Positions 61,707 through 64,000 of a stretch of 64,000 nucleotides of DNA are shown in pieces. Each line of letters begins with the position of its first letter. Within the stretch, counting starts at the first letter, position 1. This stretch comes from Methanobacteriota archaeon. Lineage in GTDB: Archaea > Halobacteriota > Bog-38 > Methanoflorentales > Methanoflorentaceae. Under the pieces are notes generated by a model. That model was not told where the DNA came from, did no database searches, and was given only the letters and a program-made list of their open reading frames with translations. A program made the position numbers and the translations under genes. The stretch spans positions 160,001 through 224,000 of the forward strand of contig CAVRAO010000002.1 in NCBI GenBank assembly GCA_963719035.1. Reading direction: 5' to 3'.

Positions 61707-62369
61707 CTAATTGACGTCCAACCCCCTGACTCTAGCTTGCCGCGCTTTGATGTGAGCTAAACGCAGTGGCTCGGGTAATCTGTGGTTTGTTACGCATCGT
61801 TGGACGACCCGCAGCGCGCATTTCTGCGAAATGTGGTGGCCTGGACTTATAAAGATCGGTTTGGTTCCAATCATCGTTGTTAAGACGAAACCGAGCTGTC
61901 GGCTCTTGAAATTCAATGGAACGTAGCGATAAACTTTATCGGGTGCGACGTATTCTCCGCAGAGTCTTGTCTTGGATACGCCGATTGTTGGTATGTTGAG
62001 AACGACACCGAGATGTGACGCAAATCCTGCAAAGCGTGGATGGTTGATGCCACATCCGTGCACGATTAAAACGTCAGGTTTCGTGCGCAGCTTCTTCAGA
62101 GCAGCTATTGCAGCAGGCCCCTCACGAAAGAAGAGCAGTCCAGCGATGTAGGGCATTGTTATTCTTGCGCTCGCAATTGATTCGTCAATGACATTCATCA
62201 ATGCGTCGACTATTATGGCTGACGAAAAAACAACGTCATTCGAAAAAGATTGGGCAACGGCCCCAATCGACTCAAAATTTCCAAGAGGGTCATCCAGAAC
62301 TACCTGCGCAGCGACGTCTGTTTGAATCCTAAGCAAATCCAGAAACTGAGTCGCGTCTCGTGCGACCAT
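61707..62369 (-). CDS. nfi: Endonuclease V homolog with degenerate active site
   Basis: PYI.GLL.FRE.P, G.G..HPR..G.ASHLG, PTIGV.K, P.FISPGH, RLPEP.RLAH. Confidence 0.88.
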   Translation of the reverse strand: MVARDATQFLDLLRIQTDVAAQVVLDDPLGNFESIGAVAQSFSNDVVFSSAIIVDALMNVIDESIASARITMPYIAGLLFFREGPAAIAALKKLRTKPDVLIVHGCGINHPRFAGFASHLGVVLNIPTIGVSKTRLCGEYVAPDKVYRYVPLNFKSRQLGFVLTTMIGTKPIFISPGHHISQKCALRVVQRCVTNHRLPEPLRLAHIKARQARVRGLDVN

Positions 62370-62491
62370 CGCCTACTAGTAAGCCCCCTAGCTCAAAGTT
62401 TCCGCGAGATGTGCAAATGACCTATAAAGCTTACGTCTGACACTTATAGTCATTTCGAATCAGTCCCATTTAGCCAGAATCACAGTTCGAT

Positions 62492-63757
62492 TTACGAAGT
62501 ACCGGCATCGCGCTTGTACGTTGGGAAGTCAGTTTTGCTGTACCCTCGTTTGACATAATGCGTTGAAAAGAGTTCCTTATACCTTCTCGCTACCTCTTTC
62601 CACGTGATTGAGCGTCCGTACATATACGTTCTAATCTCCATCTCCCTTCTCAGACGATCGTTACGCATCAACGTAGTAACTGCTTCTGCTATCTCATATG
62701 AAGAGCCTGATTCGAGAATCACGCCTCGTTCGTCAGCCAACGCATCTAAAGCGTGTAAGTAGGGTGTTGCTATAATGGCTTTTCCACAACCAACCGCTTG
62801 AGAGAGCACGCCGCTAACGATCTGATCCCTAGCGAGATAGGGCATTACGCAGATATCCGTCGCGAGGAAGTGTAAGATTAGGTTCCGGTTGGTGAGGTAT
62901 CTATCGACAAACTTTACGTTTTGCTCTAACTCCAGATTAGTAATGAGCTCCTTTAAACGTGCGCGATAGCTTTCTCCTTCGTTTTTTACCACGTTCGGAT
63001 GGGTCTCTCCAACGATTAAATAGAGGACATTCATCGCTGGATTATCGGCGATCACCTTGGGCAGCGCTTCAAGGACGAACTCTATGCCCTTTGCGGGGTG
63101 AAGCAACCCGAAGGAGCCTAACACAAACCTGCGAGAAAAACCGAGCTTCTTCTTAGGCCGCTCCGAGCTGATGAACGGAACGTCTGGAACGCCGTGAGGG
63201 ATAACCTTTACTTTTTCAGGGTTAAGGTCAAACGCCTTTTTCAAGATGTCGACGCCAACATGTCCAGGTACAACGACTTCTGCCGAAAGACGATATATCT
63301 CGCGCATTACCGCTTTGGCCTCTTCAGGCGGCTTAGGCATAACCGTGTGTAGTGTAGTCACGATCGGTTTTTCGAGGACATCCATAAAATCAAGGATGTA
63401 CCGGCCCCATGAGCCACCGTACAGTCCATATTCGTGTTGTATATTTACCACGTCAGTGCGCGATGCGTTTATCTTATGTGCTGACTCGACGAAGCTGATT
63501 TGATCGGTATCTTTAATGATGTAAGCAACCCTCGATTTCGGATAAATGAGTGGACTCAAACATCCATAAGCACTCGAATCCTTGTTTCCATCGATGGCGC
63601 ATACATTTGCCTTTATTTCCGGATTCTCGTTTATGATATTGAAAAGCAGATCTTGCGTGAAAGTAGCTATACCACATTCTCGAGGTGGAAACGTACTAAC
63701 GAACGTAAGGCCCAGCCGGTCGCGCAGCATCAGGCTGTATATTGGAGTCCGACTCAC
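62492..63757 (-). CDS. Glycosyltransferase family 4
   Basis: PPRECGIATF, QHEYGLYGG, TTLHTV, IPHG, FGLL.P.KG.E. Confidence 0.93.
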   Translation of the reverse strand: MSRTPIYSLMLRDRLGLTFVSTFPPRECGIATFTQDLLFNIINENPEIKANVCAIDGNKDSSAYGCLSPLIYPKSRVAYIIKDTDQISFVESAHKINASRTDVVNIQHEYGLYGGSWGRYILDFMDVLEKPIVTTLHTVMPKPPEEAKAVMREIYRLSAEVVVPGHVGVDILKKAFDLNPEKVKVIPHGVPDVPFISSERPKKKLGFSRRFVLGSFGLLHPAKGIEFVLEALPKVIADNPAMNVLYLIVGETHPNVVKNEGESYRARLKELITNLELEQNVKFVDRYLTNRNLILHFLATDICVMPYLARDQIVSGVLSQAVGCGKAIIATPYLHALDALADERGVILESGSSYEIAEAVTTLMRNDRLRREMEIRTYMYGRSITWKEVARRYKELFSTHYVKRGYSKTDFPTYKRDAGTS

Positions 63758-64000
63758 TTAAAACTATTGAACTGCGCTCGTGAACCCATCAGCGGAAGCA
63801 AACGAAACATTTAAAGGTTTTTTGAGATTCCTAGCTAAGAAATATGTCAATTTCGGGCTTATTCAGTTGACGTGTTCCAAGTCGTTCGAAGCGCCAAAGC
63901 TATGAATAAACAGGTTTATTGCGATGCAACAAGCAAACTTGCCATTCAGATAAAAGTTCATCGATTGAATTTGTTGGAGCGACTTTGATGTGGGCAGAAC

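Overview
Archaeal chromosomal segment, most likely Halobacteriota/Methanomicrobia-like; this is inferred from gene content and protein style, and no methanogenesis marker lies in the window. The core, about 5.6-43 kb, is housekeeping: queC/queE, tiaS, thermosome, nikR, ileS-mptE-ychF, the eL15-RNase P-proteasome-SBDS-exosome-eL43-Rpo12-Pcc1-prefoldin superoperon, a leuA/cimA-family gene with tatD and a NYN gene, argH-gatD-gatE-M20, and coaBC-pantoate kinase. Accessory regions lie on both sides: a compositionally mosaic patch at 1-5.5 kb, and an orphan/microprotein-rich stretch at 43-61 kb containing acs, a glutamate synthase, Sm and a histone. I saw no tRNA, rRNA, CRISPR array or transposase. 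Most notable: (1) a promoter-proximal, probably leaderless 16-codon uORF with CUU-CUU Leu codons overlapping the isopropylmalate-synthase-family gene in the +1 frame, a candidate leucine-sensing translational switch; (2) uORF or structured leaders ahead of other genes; (3) Rpo12 with only an ACG start; (4) an endonuclease V lacking two catalytic Asp residues; (5) several microproteins missing from the ORF track. Five single-base frameshifts and several substitutions at conserved sites may be consensus errors, so every single-base claim needs read-level checking.
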